Shown here one piece after another: positions 22,857 through 32,624 of a stretch of 64,000 bases of DNA; position 1 is the stretch's first letter; the number at the start of each line of letters is the position of its first letter. A program made the translations under genes and the position numbers. Source of the stretch: Escherichia coli (GTDB taxonomy: Bacteria > Pseudomonadota > Gammaproteobacteria > Enterobacterales > Enterobacteriaceae); assembly GCF_011045215.1 (NCBI RefSeq), contig NZ_CP049201.1; one strand, written 5' to 3'. The notes below the pieces were generated by a model. That model saw only the letters and a program-made list of their open reading frames with translations, was not told where the DNA came from and made no database searches.

Positions 22857-23782
22857 AAATTTCCCCTGAATTATTACAAATTTCCCCGGAAGTGCAGGAC
22901 GCTTTAAAAAACAAAAAACCGGTTGTGGCGCTGGAATCGACCATTATTTCTCACGGGATGCCGTTCCCACAAAATGCCCAGACCGCAATTGAAGTTGAAG
23001 AAACTATTCGTAAACAGGGCGCTGTACCTGCCACTATCGCCATTATTGGCGGCGTGATGAAAGTTGGTTTAAGCAAAGAAGAAATTGAATTACTGGGTCG
23101 TGAAGGGCATAACGTGACCAAAGTTAGTCGTCGCGATTTACCTTTTGTTGTTGCCGCCGGAAAAAATGGCGCAACCACTGTGGCTTCAACGATGATTATT
23201 GCGGCGCTTGCCGGAATTAAAGTATTTGCCACCGGGGGAATTGGTGGTGTGCATCGCGGGGCGGAACATACCTTCGATATTTCTGCCGATTTGCAAGAAC
23301 TGGCAAATACTAATGTCACCGTTGTTTGTGCCGGGGCGAAATCTATTCTCGATTTAGGATTAACCACTGAGTATTTAGAAACCTTCGGTGTGCCGTTAAT
23401 TGGCTATCAGACTAAAGCGCTGCCTGCGTTTTTCTGCCGTACCAGCCCGTTTGACGTCAGCATTCGTCTCGACAGCGCCAGTGAAATTGCCCGTGCAATG
23501 GCGGTGAAATGGCAAAGCGGGCTGAACGGTGGCCTCGTGGTAGCGAACCCGATCCCGGAACAGTTTGCGATGCCAGAACACACTATCAATGCGGCGATCG
23601 ATCAGGCGGTAGCTGAAGCTGAAGCGCAGGGTGTTATTGGTAAAGAAAGTACGCCATTCCTGCTGGCGCGCGTTGCTGAACTGACCGGCGGTGACAGCCT
23701 GAAATCCAACATTCAACTGGTGTTCAACAACGCCATTCTGGCGAGTGAAATTGCCAAAGAATACCAGCGTCTCGCGGGTTAA
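22844..23782 (+). CDS. psuG: Pseudouridine-5'-phosphate glycosidase PsuG (YeiN)
   Basis: 312-aa ORF overlapping the psuK 3' end by 13 nt; IndA/PsuG-family sequence. Confidence 0.88.
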   Translation: MSELKISPELLQISPEVQDALKNKKPVVALESTIISHGMPFPQNAQTAIEVEETIRKQGAVPATIAIIGGVMKVGLSKEEIELLGREGHNVTKVSRRDLPFVVAAGKNGATTVASTMIIAALAGIKVFATGGIGGVHRGAEHTFDISADLQELANTNVTVVCAGAKSILDLGLTTEYLETFGVPLIGYQTKALPAFFCRTSPFDVSIRLDSASEIARAMAVKWQSGLNGGLVVANPIPEQFAMPEHTINAAIDQAVAEAEAQGVIGKESTPFLLARVAELTGGDSLKSNIQLVFNNAILASEIAKEYQRLAG

Positions 23783-23875
23783 TTTCTGACGGGCAGAAAG
23801 CCGTCGCCCGTACTCATCAAACATACCAAAACCTGGCGCTGACGCCGGGTTTACTGGCATGAAGGGAAAATCATT

Positions 23876-25126
23876 ATGGACATAATGAGAAGTGTTGTGG
23901 GGATGGTGGTGTTACTGGCAATAGCATTTCTGTTGTCGGTAAATAAAAAGAGCATCAGTTTGCGCACGGTTGGAGCCGCACTGCTGCTGCAAATCGCTAT
24001 TGGTGGCATCATGCTCTATTTTCCGCCGGGAAAATGGGCTGTAGAACAGGCGGCATTAGGCGTTCATAAAGTGATGTCTTACAGTGATGCCGGTAGCGCC
24101 TTCATTTTTGGTTCGCTGGTCGGGCCGAAAATGGATGTCCTCTTTGACGGTGCGGGTTTTATCTTCGCCTTTCGCGTACTCCCGGCGATTATCTTCGCCA
24201 CTGCGCTCATTAGTCTGCTGTACTACATTGGCGTGATGGGGCTGCTGATTCGCATCCTTGGCAGCATTTTCCAGAAAGCCCTCAACATCAGCAAAATCGA
24301 ATCTTTTGTTGCGGTTACCACTATTTTCCTCGGGCAAAATGAGATCCCGGCGATCGTTAAACCGTTTATCGATCGCATGAATCGCAACGAGTTGTTTACC
24401 GCAATTTGTAGCGGGATGGCGTCCATTGCGGGTTCGATGATGATTGGTTATGCCGGAATGGGCGTACCAATTGACTACCTGTTGGCGGCATCGCTGATGG
24501 CGATCCCCGGCGGTATTTTGTTTGCACGTATTCTTAGTCCGGCAACCGAGCCTTCGCAGGTCACATTTGAAAATCTGTCGTTCAGTGAAACGCCGCCAAA
24601 AAGCTTTATCGAAGCGGCGGCGAGCGGTGCGATGACCGGGTTGAAAATCGCCGCCGGTGTGGCGACGGTGGTAATGGCGTTTGTCGCAATTATTGCGCTG
24701 ATTAATGGCATTATCGGCGGAATTGGCGGCTGGTTTGGTTTTACCAATGCTTCTCTGGAAAGTATTTTTGGCTATGTGCTGGCACCGCTGGCGTGGATCA
24801 TGGGTGTGGACTGGAGTGATGCCAACCTTGCGGGTAGCCTGATTGGGCAGAAACTGGCGATTAACGAATTCGTCGCTTACCTGAGTTTCTCCCCATACCT
24901 GCAAACGGGCGGTACGCTGGAAGTGAAAACCATTGCGATTATCTCCTTTGCGCTTTGTGGTTTTGCTAACTTTGGTTCTATCGGTGTTGTCGTTGGGGCA
25001 TTTTCGGCTATTTCGCCAAAACGTGCACCGGAAATCGCTCAGCTTGGTTTACGGGCGCTGGCAGCAGCAACGCTTTCCAACCTGATGAGCGCGACCATTG
25101 CCGGGTTCTTTATTGGTTTAGCTTGA
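23876..25126 (+). CDS. psuT: Nucleoside (pseudouridine) transporter PsuT (YeiM), NupC/CNT family
   Basis: 416-aa polytopic ORF; paralogous to nupX in this window (mostly identical alignment by eye). Confidence 0.88.
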   Translation: MDIMRSVVGMVVLLAIAFLLSVNKKSISLRTVGAALLLQIAIGGIMLYFPPGKWAVEQAALGVHKVMSYSDAGSAFIFGSLVGPKMDVLFDGAGFIFAFRVLPAIIFATALISLLYYIGVMGLLIRILGSIFQKALNISKIESFVAVTTIFLGQNEIPAIVKPFIDRMNRNELFTAICSGMASIAGSMMIGYAGMGVPIDYLLAASLMAIPGGILFARILSPATEPSQVTFENLSFSETPPKSFIEAAASGAMTGLKIAAGVATVVMAFVAIIALINGIIGGIGGWFGFTNASLESIFGYVLAPLAWIMGVDWSDANLAGSLIGQKLAINEFVAYLSFSPYLQTGGTLEVKTIAIISFALCGFANFGSIGVVVGAFSAISPKRAPEIAQLGLRALAAATLSNLMSATIAGFFIGLA

Positions 25127-25133
25127 GTTTCAT

Positions 25134-25172
25134 TGCCGGATGTACTCGCTTATTAAGCGTTGCATCCGGCAA
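25134..25172. terminator. Hairpin (ttgccggatg ... catccggcaa) between convergent psuT and yeiL; possible bidirectional terminator
   Basis: 10-bp inverted repeat with a 19-nt loop immediately after the psuT stop and before the yeiL stop. Confidence 0.45.
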
Positions 25173-25193
25173 TCGCGCTATTGCAAATAATTT

Positions 25194-25853
25194 TTACTGC
25201 ATCATCCCGGAGAATTTATTCTCCGGGTCCATCTCCAGCGCCAGCCCTGACAACTGCTTTCTGTTTTTAATTAGATATCCTTTCTTGCTTTTAATTAATA
25301 AACCGTCGTGAATGAATTGCGCAAGAACATATAAAAGATGTCGATAAGAAACGCCTAAATACTCTGCCGCTTGCGTATGCTTTTCGTGATAAAGATCACC
25401 TTCTTGTGAGAGTAATATAAATGCTGCCAGGCGATTCACTAACGGAAATGATTGATTCTGAGTTAAAGAAACAATATTACGATAATTTTTATGACTTAAG
25501 GTGACGCAAAGTTTTCGTAAAAATAGGGTATCGTTTAATAACAGCGGACGGTAATGTTTCATAGGGAGCGCAAGGCACCAACACTCTTCAATCGCCTGTA
25601 CTGCACGTGGTTCATGGTCTTTATCGATTAACTCAATCTCGCCAATAAAACAGGGGGCGGCAAAGAAATCGATCAGCGACACGCGACCATTAGCTAGCGT
25701 GGCGTAAAGCCTGGCGCGGCCTCGCGTCAGGTAAAACAGCCAGGACGGCTGTTGCCCTTCCTGCACAATGTAGTCACGCGCTAAAAAATGAAACAGCCGC
25801 GTATCGGCTGAAACATCCGTTAAAAAGCAATCCTTAAACGCGGATTCACTCAT
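25194..25853 (-). CDS. yeiL: Crp/Fnr-family transcriptional regulator YeiL
   Basis: ORF 25194..25892; start at the internal ATG ([11 protein letters not shown]...), giving 219 aa; cNMP-binding-like N-terminus and C-terminal HTH. Confidence 0.85.
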
Positions 25854-26021
25854 CAATTGCAGCTTAAGATCATTATTGTGGATTTCTTTCACGATGTTTA
25901 TCCGCTATGAGATTTCTCATATTTAGCATACGTACGCTGTTGTTAAGATTCAATCATCGGCCCGGTCGAATTTTCTTTGCTGTAGAAAAAATAACGCAAC
26001 TGGAAACAGAGGAAATAAACA

Positions 26022-26963
26022 ATGGAAAAGAGAAAAATTATTCTGGATTGTGATCCGGGTCATGATGATGCTATTGCAATGATGATGGCAGCGAAACATC
26101 CGGCAATAGATTTATTAGGCATCACTATTGTAGCGGGTAATCAGACGCTTGATAAAACATTAATTAATGGCCTGAATGTTTGCCAGAAACTGGAGATTAA
26201 TGTTCCGGTTTATGCGGGGATGCCGCAGCCCATTATGCGTCAACAAATCGTTGCCGATAATATTCACGGTGAAACCGGACTGGATGGCCCGGTATTCGAG
26301 CCGCTGACCCGCCAGGCAGAAAGCACTCATGCGGTGAAATACATCATTGATACCCTGATGGCAAGCGATGGCGATATCACTCTGGTGCCGGTTGGTCCGC
26401 TTTCAAATATCGCGGTGGCAATGCGTATGCAACCCGCGATCCTGCCCAAAATCCGTGAAATTGTGCTAATGGGCGGCGCTTACGGTACAGGCAACTTCAC
26501 GCCATCTGCCGAGTTCAACATCTTTGCTGACCCGGAAGCCGCACGCGTGGTGTTCACCTCTGGCGTTCCATTAGTGATGATGGGCCTCGATCTTACCAAC
26601 CAGACCGTTTGCACCCCGGACGTAATTGCTCGGATGGAAAGGGCAGGCGGCCCTGCCGGAGAGCTGTTCAGCGACATCATGAACTTCACTCTCAAAACGC
26701 AGTTCGAAAACTACGGCCTGGCTGGCGGCCCGGTGCACGACGCCACCTGCATCGGTTATCTGATTAACCCTGATGGCATTAAAACCCAGGAGATGTACGT
26801 CGAAGTGGACGTCAACAGTGGCCCTTGTTATGGGCGTACCGTCTGCGACGAGCTGGGCGTTCTTGGCAAGCCCGCTAATACCAAAGTCGGCATCACTATT
26901 GATACCGACTGGTTCTGGGGCTTAGTCGAAGAGTGCGTGCGCGGCTACATCAAAACCCATTAA
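26022..26963 (+). CDS. rihB: Pyrimidine-specific ribonucleoside hydrolase RihB (YeiK)
   Basis: 313-aa ORF with the inosine-uridine nucleoside hydrolase signature DCDPGHDDA near the N-terminus. Confidence 0.92.
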   Translation: MEKRKIILDCDPGHDDAIAMMMAAKHPAIDLLGITIVAGNQTLDKTLINGLNVCQKLEINVPVYAGMPQPIMRQQIVADNIHGETGLDGPVFEPLTRQAESTHAVKYIIDTLMASDGDITLVPVGPLSNIAVAMRMQPAILPKIREIVLMGGAYGTGNFTPSAEFNIFADPEAARVVFTSGVPLVMMGLDLTNQTVCTPDVIARMERAGGPAGELFSDIMNFTLKTQFENYGLAGGPVHDATCIGYLINPDGIKTQEMYVEVDVNSGPCYGRTVCDELGVLGKPANTKVGITIDTDWFWGLVEECVRGYIKTH

Positions 26964-27062
26964 GTGTTGATAACAAGCCGGGCCGGTATCGCAAGATGCA
27001 GGCCTGGCTATTTCTGATGGGCAGAAAGCCGTCGCCCAATATGACATGAAGAGATAATCACT

Positions 27063-28313
27063 ATGGATGTCATGAGAAGTGTTCTGGGAATGGTGGTATT
27101 GCTGACGATTGCGTTTTTACTGTCAGTAAACAAGAAGAAGATCAGCCTGCGTACCGTTGGCGCGGCGTTAGTGTTACAGGTCGTGATTGGCGGCATTATG
27201 CTTTGGTTACCGCCAGGGCGTTGGGTCGCTGAAAAAGTCGCTTTTGGCGTGCATAAAGTGATGGCGTACAGCGACGCGGGTAGCGCATTTATCTTCGGTT
27301 CTCTGGTCGGACCGAAAATGGACACCTTATTTGATGGCGCAGGATTTATCTTTGGTTTCAGAGTATTACCGGCAATTATCTTCGTCACCGCGCTGGTGAG
27401 TATTCTCTATTACATCGGTGTGATGGGGATCTTAATTCGCATTCTCGGCGGTATCTTCCAGAAAGCATTAAATATCAGCAAGATCGAGTCATTCGTCGCG
27501 GTCACTACCATTTTCCTCGGGCAAAACGAAATTCCGGCAATCGTCAAACCCTTTATCGATCGGCTGAATCGCAATGAATTATTTACAGCGATTTGTAGTG
27601 GCATGGCCTCAATTGCCGGTTCGACAATGATTGGTTACGCCGCACTGGGCGTACCTGTGGAATATTTGCTGGCGGCATCGTTAATGGCGATCCCAGGCGG
27701 GATCTTGTTTGCCCGCCTGTTAAGCCCGGCTACGGAATCTTCGCAGGTTTCTTTTAATAACCTCTCTTTCACCGAAACACCGCCAAAAAGCATTATTGAA
27801 GCCGCCGCGACAGGGGCAATGACCGGGCTGAAAATCGCTGCGGGTGTGGCAACAGTGGTGATGGCATTTGTTGCCATCATTGCGTTAATTAACGGTATTA
27901 TCGGCGGCGTTGGCGGCTGGTTTGGTTTTGAACATGCCTCGCTGGAGTCCATTTTAGGTTATCTGCTGGCCCCACTGGCGTGGGTAATGGGTGTTGACTG
28001 GACTGATGCGAATCTTGCCGGGAGTTTGATTGGACAGAAACTGGCAATAAATGAATTTGTCGCTTATCTCAATTTCTCACCCTATCTGCAAACGGCTGGC
28101 ACTCTGGATGCTAAAACCGTGGCGATTATTTCCTTCGCGTTGTGCGGTTTCGCTAACTTTGGTTCTATCGGGGTGGTGGTGGGGGCGTTTTCTGCGGTTG
28201 CGCCACACCGTGCGCCGGAAATCGCCCAGCTTGGTTTACGCGCGCTGGCGGCGGCGACACTTTCTAACCTGATGAGTGCCACCATTGCCGGGTTCTTTAT
28301 TGGTTTAGCGTAG
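27063..28313 (+). CDS. nupX: Nucleoside transporter NupX (YeiJ), NupC/CNT family
   Basis: 416-aa ORF, collinear paralogue of psuT (MDVMRSVLGMVVLL... versus MDIMRSVVGMVVLL...). Confidence 0.88.
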   Translation: MDVMRSVLGMVVLLTIAFLLSVNKKKISLRTVGAALVLQVVIGGIMLWLPPGRWVAEKVAFGVHKVMAYSDAGSAFIFGSLVGPKMDTLFDGAGFIFGFRVLPAIIFVTALVSILYYIGVMGILIRILGGIFQKALNISKIESFVAVTTIFLGQNEIPAIVKPFIDRLNRNELFTAICSGMASIAGSTMIGYAALGVPVEYLLAASLMAIPGGILFARLLSPATESSQVSFNNLSFTETPPKSIIEAAATGAMTGLKIAAGVATVVMAFVAIIALINGIIGGVGGWFGFEHASLESILGYLLAPLAWVMGVDWTDANLAGSLIGQKLAINEFVAYLNFSPYLQTAGTLDAKTVAIISFALCGFANFGSIGVVVGAFSAVAPHRAPEIAQLGLRALAAATLSNLMSATIAGFFIGLA

Positions 28314-28327
28314 TGTGCGATTTATGA

Positions 28328-28361
28328 GCCGGATAAGATGCGGTCAAGCGTCGAATCCGGC
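28328..28361. repeat. REP (repetitive extragenic palindrome) element between nupX and yeiI
   Basis: gccggataagatgcggtcaagcgtcgaatccggc: imperfect palindrome of REP type between convergent genes. Confidence 0.6.
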
Positions 28362-28368
28362 AACATTG

Positions 28369-29457
28369 TTACACCATTGGCACTAATGAAAGCGCGTTAT
28401 CGGCAGACAGGGTAGGGTTGTTTAAGCTGCCGCTGGCGCGTGAAATTGCCGCGCAGGCCATCGCAAAACGGGCGCTGTCACGGAAATTGTTTCCTTCCAG
28501 AAAGCTATATACCAGGCCCGCCATAAAACCATCGTCAGCACCAAAACTGTCTACTGTCGTATGCGCTGGTGCGGTCAGCAAAAATTGTTCTCCATCCTTT
28601 TCGCTGCAATAAACTGACTCATCGGGCAAATAAACAAACAGTTGCTGAACACCTTGCTGATGCAACGCATTCACTGCAGCATTACGGTCAGCATCGCTGG
28701 TGATCGCCTGTCCCCATAAAATTTCCAGCTCCGGTAAAGTGGGTTTCAGGGTGTGAATATGCGCCAGCCAGTGTTTGATTTTGCCCGCTTTGAATTCTGA
28801 AACGGTATCGACAAACACCGGGATCTCACCAGCGAGGGTAAAGACCCATTCCAGCGCCTCGGCTGTCAGGTTGCAATCAGCCAGTACCACGCCCGCATGA
28901 CGAAGTAAATCGCGCGACCCGTTCAATAATTGCGGCGATAACTGTTCCAGCAGATGGGTATCGTTAATCGCCAACACGGTTTCATCGTCTCGATTGGCAA
29001 TTGCCAGATACGTCGATGTGCTTTGGCCATGTAAACGAACGCAGCCGGAGACATTCACGCCGGCGCGGCGCGTTTCTTCCAGGAGCATTTCGCCATAAAA
29101 GTCATCGCCAATCACTGAAAGCAAATGGACGTCACGGCCTAACAGCGCCAGATTGTGGGCGATGTTGCGTCCCACGCCGCCCGCTGAGCAATGAATTGTA
29201 CCGGGATGAGAAGCCGATTGCGGGTAACGGATATCCGCCATCCCGCGAATATCCATATTGATTGTCCCCACCACTACGCAGTATTCCTGCTCGGTGAGAA
29301 TGTAACCTTTGCCTTTAATCCGGCCTTTGCGCATTAAATCCATAATATGCGCCGCAACGCGCGAACGGCTGATTTGCAGCATGTCCGCAATTTCGTTCTG
29401 CTGAATCAGCGGGTTACGCCGTAAAATTGCAAGGATCTCCTTTTCCCGGTTATTCAT
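28369..29457 (-). CDS. yeiI: Putative HTH-fused PfkB-family sugar/nucleoside kinase YeiI
   Basis: 362-aa ORF; N-terminal HTH-like segment (EKEILAILRRNPLIQQNEIADMLQISRSRV), then a PfkB kinase domain sharing the GGVGRNIAHNLALLG motif with PsuK. Confidence 0.85.
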   Translation of the reverse strand: MNNREKEILAILRRNPLIQQNEIADMLQISRSRVAAHIMDLMRKGRIKGKGYILTEQEYCVVVGTINMDIRGMADIRYPQSASHPGTIHCSAGGVGRNIAHNLALLGRDVHLLSVIGDDFYGEMLLEETRRAGVNVSGCVRLHGQSTSTYLAIANRDDETVLAINDTHLLEQLSPQLLNGSRDLLRHAGVVLADCNLTAEALEWVFTLAGEIPVFVDTVSEFKAGKIKHWLAHIHTLKPTLPELEILWGQAITSDADRNAAVNALHQQGVQQLFVYLPDESVYCSEKDGEQFLLTAPAHTTVDSFGADDGFMAGLVYSFLEGNNFRDSARFAMACAAISRASGSLNNPTLSADNALSLVPMV

Positions 29458-29459
29458 CT

Positions 29460-30317
29460 TCAGGCTACCGCTTTTTCAGTTTGTTGCGCTTTCAGCCAGG
29501 CGATCTCTTCTGCCCAGATATCCGGGTTGATGGTTTCGAGGATCAGCGGAATGCCGTCGAAACGGTCGTCCTGCATGATCCAGCGGAACGCATCATGACC
29601 GATATTGCCTTCACCGAGGCTATGATGGCGGTCAACGCGGCTGCCAAAGGTGCTTTTCGCATCGTTAAGGTGCATCCCGCGCAGATACTTAAAGCCGACA
29701 GTACGGGCAAAATCCGCGAATGTTTTCTCGCATTCGGCTGGAGTACGCAAATCATACCCGGCAGCGAAAGCATGGCAGGTATCAATGCAGACGCCGACGC
29801 GGGATTTATCTTCCACGCCGTCGATAATCGCCGCGAGATGTTCGAATTTAAACCCTAAGTTACTGCCCTGACCGGCGGTGTTTTCTATCACCGCTGTCAC
29901 ACCTTGAGTTTTATCCAGCGCAATGTTGATGGATTCGGCAATACGCGCAAGGCAATCCTCTTCTGAAATCTGCATCAGATGGCTGCCAGGGTGGAAGTTG
30001 AGCAAAGAAAGCCCCAGCTGTTCGCAACGCTGCATTTCATCTATAAAGGCATCGCGCGATTTTTCCAGAGCTTCAGTGACCGGATGTCCGAGGTTAATCA
30101 GATAACTGTCGTGGGGAAGAATTTGCGCCGATGTGTAGTGATATTTTTCACAGGCGGCTTTGAATTCATCGATGGTTTGCGTCGTGAGCGGTGCGGCACG
30201 CCACTGACGTTGGTTTTTGGTGAACAAGGCAAACGCGGTTGCGTCGATTTCGGCGGCGCGAATTGCGGCATTTGCCAGACCGCCAGCAGCACTAACGTGC
30301 GCTCCAATGTATTTCAT
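29460..30317 (-). CDS. nfo: Endonuclease IV (AP endonuclease) Nfo
   Basis: 285-aa [20 protein letters not shown]...; TIM-barrel AP endonuclease family 2. Confidence 0.95.
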
Positions 30318-30390
30318 GCGAGGACTCCTGTTAAACCCGCTGGAGGAAAACGGTAATGATAGCGGGTTAACAGGAGCAAGATGTAGTGGT

Positions 30391-31440
30391 TTATGCGATG
30401 ACGCTTTGAATCACATAGTTAATCGCACCACCACCAACAATCAGCCAGGCAAACAGTACCAGTGCCATCAGCAGAGGTTTCGCCCCAGCTTTTTTCAGCG
30501 CGCTGACGTGAGTGGTCAGACCCAGCGCCGCCATCGCCATTGCCAGCAGGAAGGTATCCAGCGTTACCAGCATGTTCACCACGCTCTGCGGTAACAGGTG
30601 GAACGAGTTAAAGATGGCAACTACGATGAACAAGATGGCAAACCACGGAATAGTGATTTTGCTTTTCTCGCCGCTGTTCGCCCCAGACAGCTGTTTAACA
30701 CGCGCCGCCTGCAGGATGAGGAACGGAGCCAGCATCATCACGCGCAGCATTTTGGAAATAACTGCTGCGTTTTCCGCATCCGGGCTGATGGCATGACCTG
30801 CCGCCACCACCTGCGCCACTTCGTGCACAGTAGAACCAATGTAGATACCGAAAGTTTCCGGACTAAACCATTGAGACATCAGCGGATATATCGCCGGGTA
30901 GAGGAAAATCGCGACGGTCCCGAAGATAACAACGGTTGCAACAGCCACGGTTACTTTACTGGCTTCCGCTTTCACTACCGGCTCAGTCGCCAGTACCGCG
31001 GCAGCACCACAGATACTGCTACCGGCACCGATCAACCAGCTGGTGTGCTTATCCAGACCAAACACTTTCTGCCCCAGGAAGCAAGCCAGCAGGAAGGTAC
31101 TGGACAGCGTCAGCACGTCAATGATGATCCCACTGATACCGACATCGGCAATTTGCGAGAACGTCAGACGGAAGCCATAAAGAATGATACCCAGACGTAA
31201 TAAATATTGCTTGGCAAACAGCACACCACCGTCACAGCTTTTCCAGATGTGCGGATAGATGGTGTTGCCTAAAACCATCCCCAACAAGATTGCGAGGGTG
31301 AGGGCACTAAACCCGGCACCCGCAACCGCGGGAATGGAACCACCCCACAGGGCGACCCCGGTGATAACTGCACTCAGGGCTAACCCCGGAATAAAATGCC
31401 ACAGTGTACGATGTTGTTTCTGTAAGGTGATATTCGTCAT
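30391..31440 (-). CDS. yeiH: Inner membrane protein YeiH (UPF0324/PSE family)
   Basis: 349-aa polytopic ORF, divergent from the LysR-type regulator yeiE. Confidence 0.85.
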
Positions 31441-31538
31441 AACCCTCTCCTTTAACCGGGCATAAGGTTACGACTAACTGGTTTAAAAATAAAATTGATT
31501 ATATATTTATAATTAATCTTTATAAGTGGTAAGCGACT

Positions 31539-32420
31539 ATGCACATCACCCTCCGGCAGTTGGAAGTTTTTGCAGAAGTATTGAAAAGTGGATCAACCAC
31601 CCAGGCGTCGGTGATGCTGGCGTTGTCGCAATCAGCAGTGAGCGCAGCCTTGACCGACCTGGAAGGGCAGCTTGGCGTGCAACTGTTTGATCGCGTGGGG
31701 AAAAGACTGGTTGTTAATGAACACGGGCGGCTGCTCTATCCGCGTGCGTTGGCATTGCTTGAACAGGCGGTTGAAATCGAACAACTGTTTCGCGAAGACA
31801 ACGGCGCGATTCGTATCTATGCTAGTAGTACCATCGGTAACTACATTCTGCCTGCAGTTATCGCCCGTTATCGCCATGATTATCCGCAGTTGCCGATTGA
31901 ACTTAGCGTTGGGAATAGCCAGGACGTGATGCAAGCGGTGCTGGATTTCCGCGTTGATATTGGCTTTATTGAAGGACCGTGCCACAGCACTGAAATCATT
32001 TCTGAACCGTGGCTGGAAGACGAGCTGGTGGTTTTCGCCGCGCCGACTTCGCCGTTGGCCCGTGGTCCGGTCACCTTAGAACAGCTGGCCGCTGCGCCGT
32101 GGATCCTGCGTGAACGCGGTTCCGGCACGCGGGAGATTGTCGATTATCTGTTGCTGTCACATTTACCGAAGTTTGAGATGGCGATGGAATTAGGTAACTC
32201 CGAGGCAATCAAACATGCGGTGCGTCATGGGTTGGGAATTAGTTGCCTGTCGCGACGTGTGATTGAAGATCAATTGCAGGCAGGCACATTAAGTGAAGTT
32301 GCGGTCCCTCTGCCGCGCCTGATGCGTACGTTGTGGCGTATACATCATCGGCAAAAACACCTTTCCAACGCGCTACGGCGCTTTCTGGACTATTGCGATC
32401 CCGCAAATGTGCCGCGTTAA
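31539..32420 (+). CDS. yeiE: LysR-type transcriptional regulator YeiE
   Basis: 293-aa ORF; N-terminal LysR HTH ([22 protein letters not shown]), C-terminal substrate-binding domain. Confidence 0.9.
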
Positions 32421-32624
32421 GTTGCTGTACAAGAACATGCTGGTGCTGTGTCGATTTCGTGACGCAGCGCCTTCAGCATGCATTCGCCAGAAAAGAGATT
32501 GGCTGCTTTACTTATAATCCCTGGGCGATCATGAAGGTGTCTTATAACCGTGTATTTCTGCCGGAAGGATTGCCAATCGTCTGCTACAATCGCGCCTCAT
32601 TTTTTAGATGGATAGCATTTTTGT

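Noticed and set aside
24056-24904. 282-aa antisense ORF inside psuT (similar long antisense ORFs at 35037..35888 in cirA, 60732..61610 in bglX, 45367..46107 in preA, 19776..20486 in fruA)
   Set aside because: They lie entirely within well-supported genes on the opposite strand, have R/H/C/Q-rich low-complexity composition, and show no recognisable domains or start context; they look like mirror frames of the real genes.
23876-28313. Near-duplicate transporter genes psuT and nupX as a possible transposon-mediated or recent duplication
   Set aside because: The paralogues have diverged substantially in protein and third-codon positions, have different upstream partners (psuKG versus rihB), and there are no flanking inverted repeats or transposase genes; this looks like an ancient paralogy.
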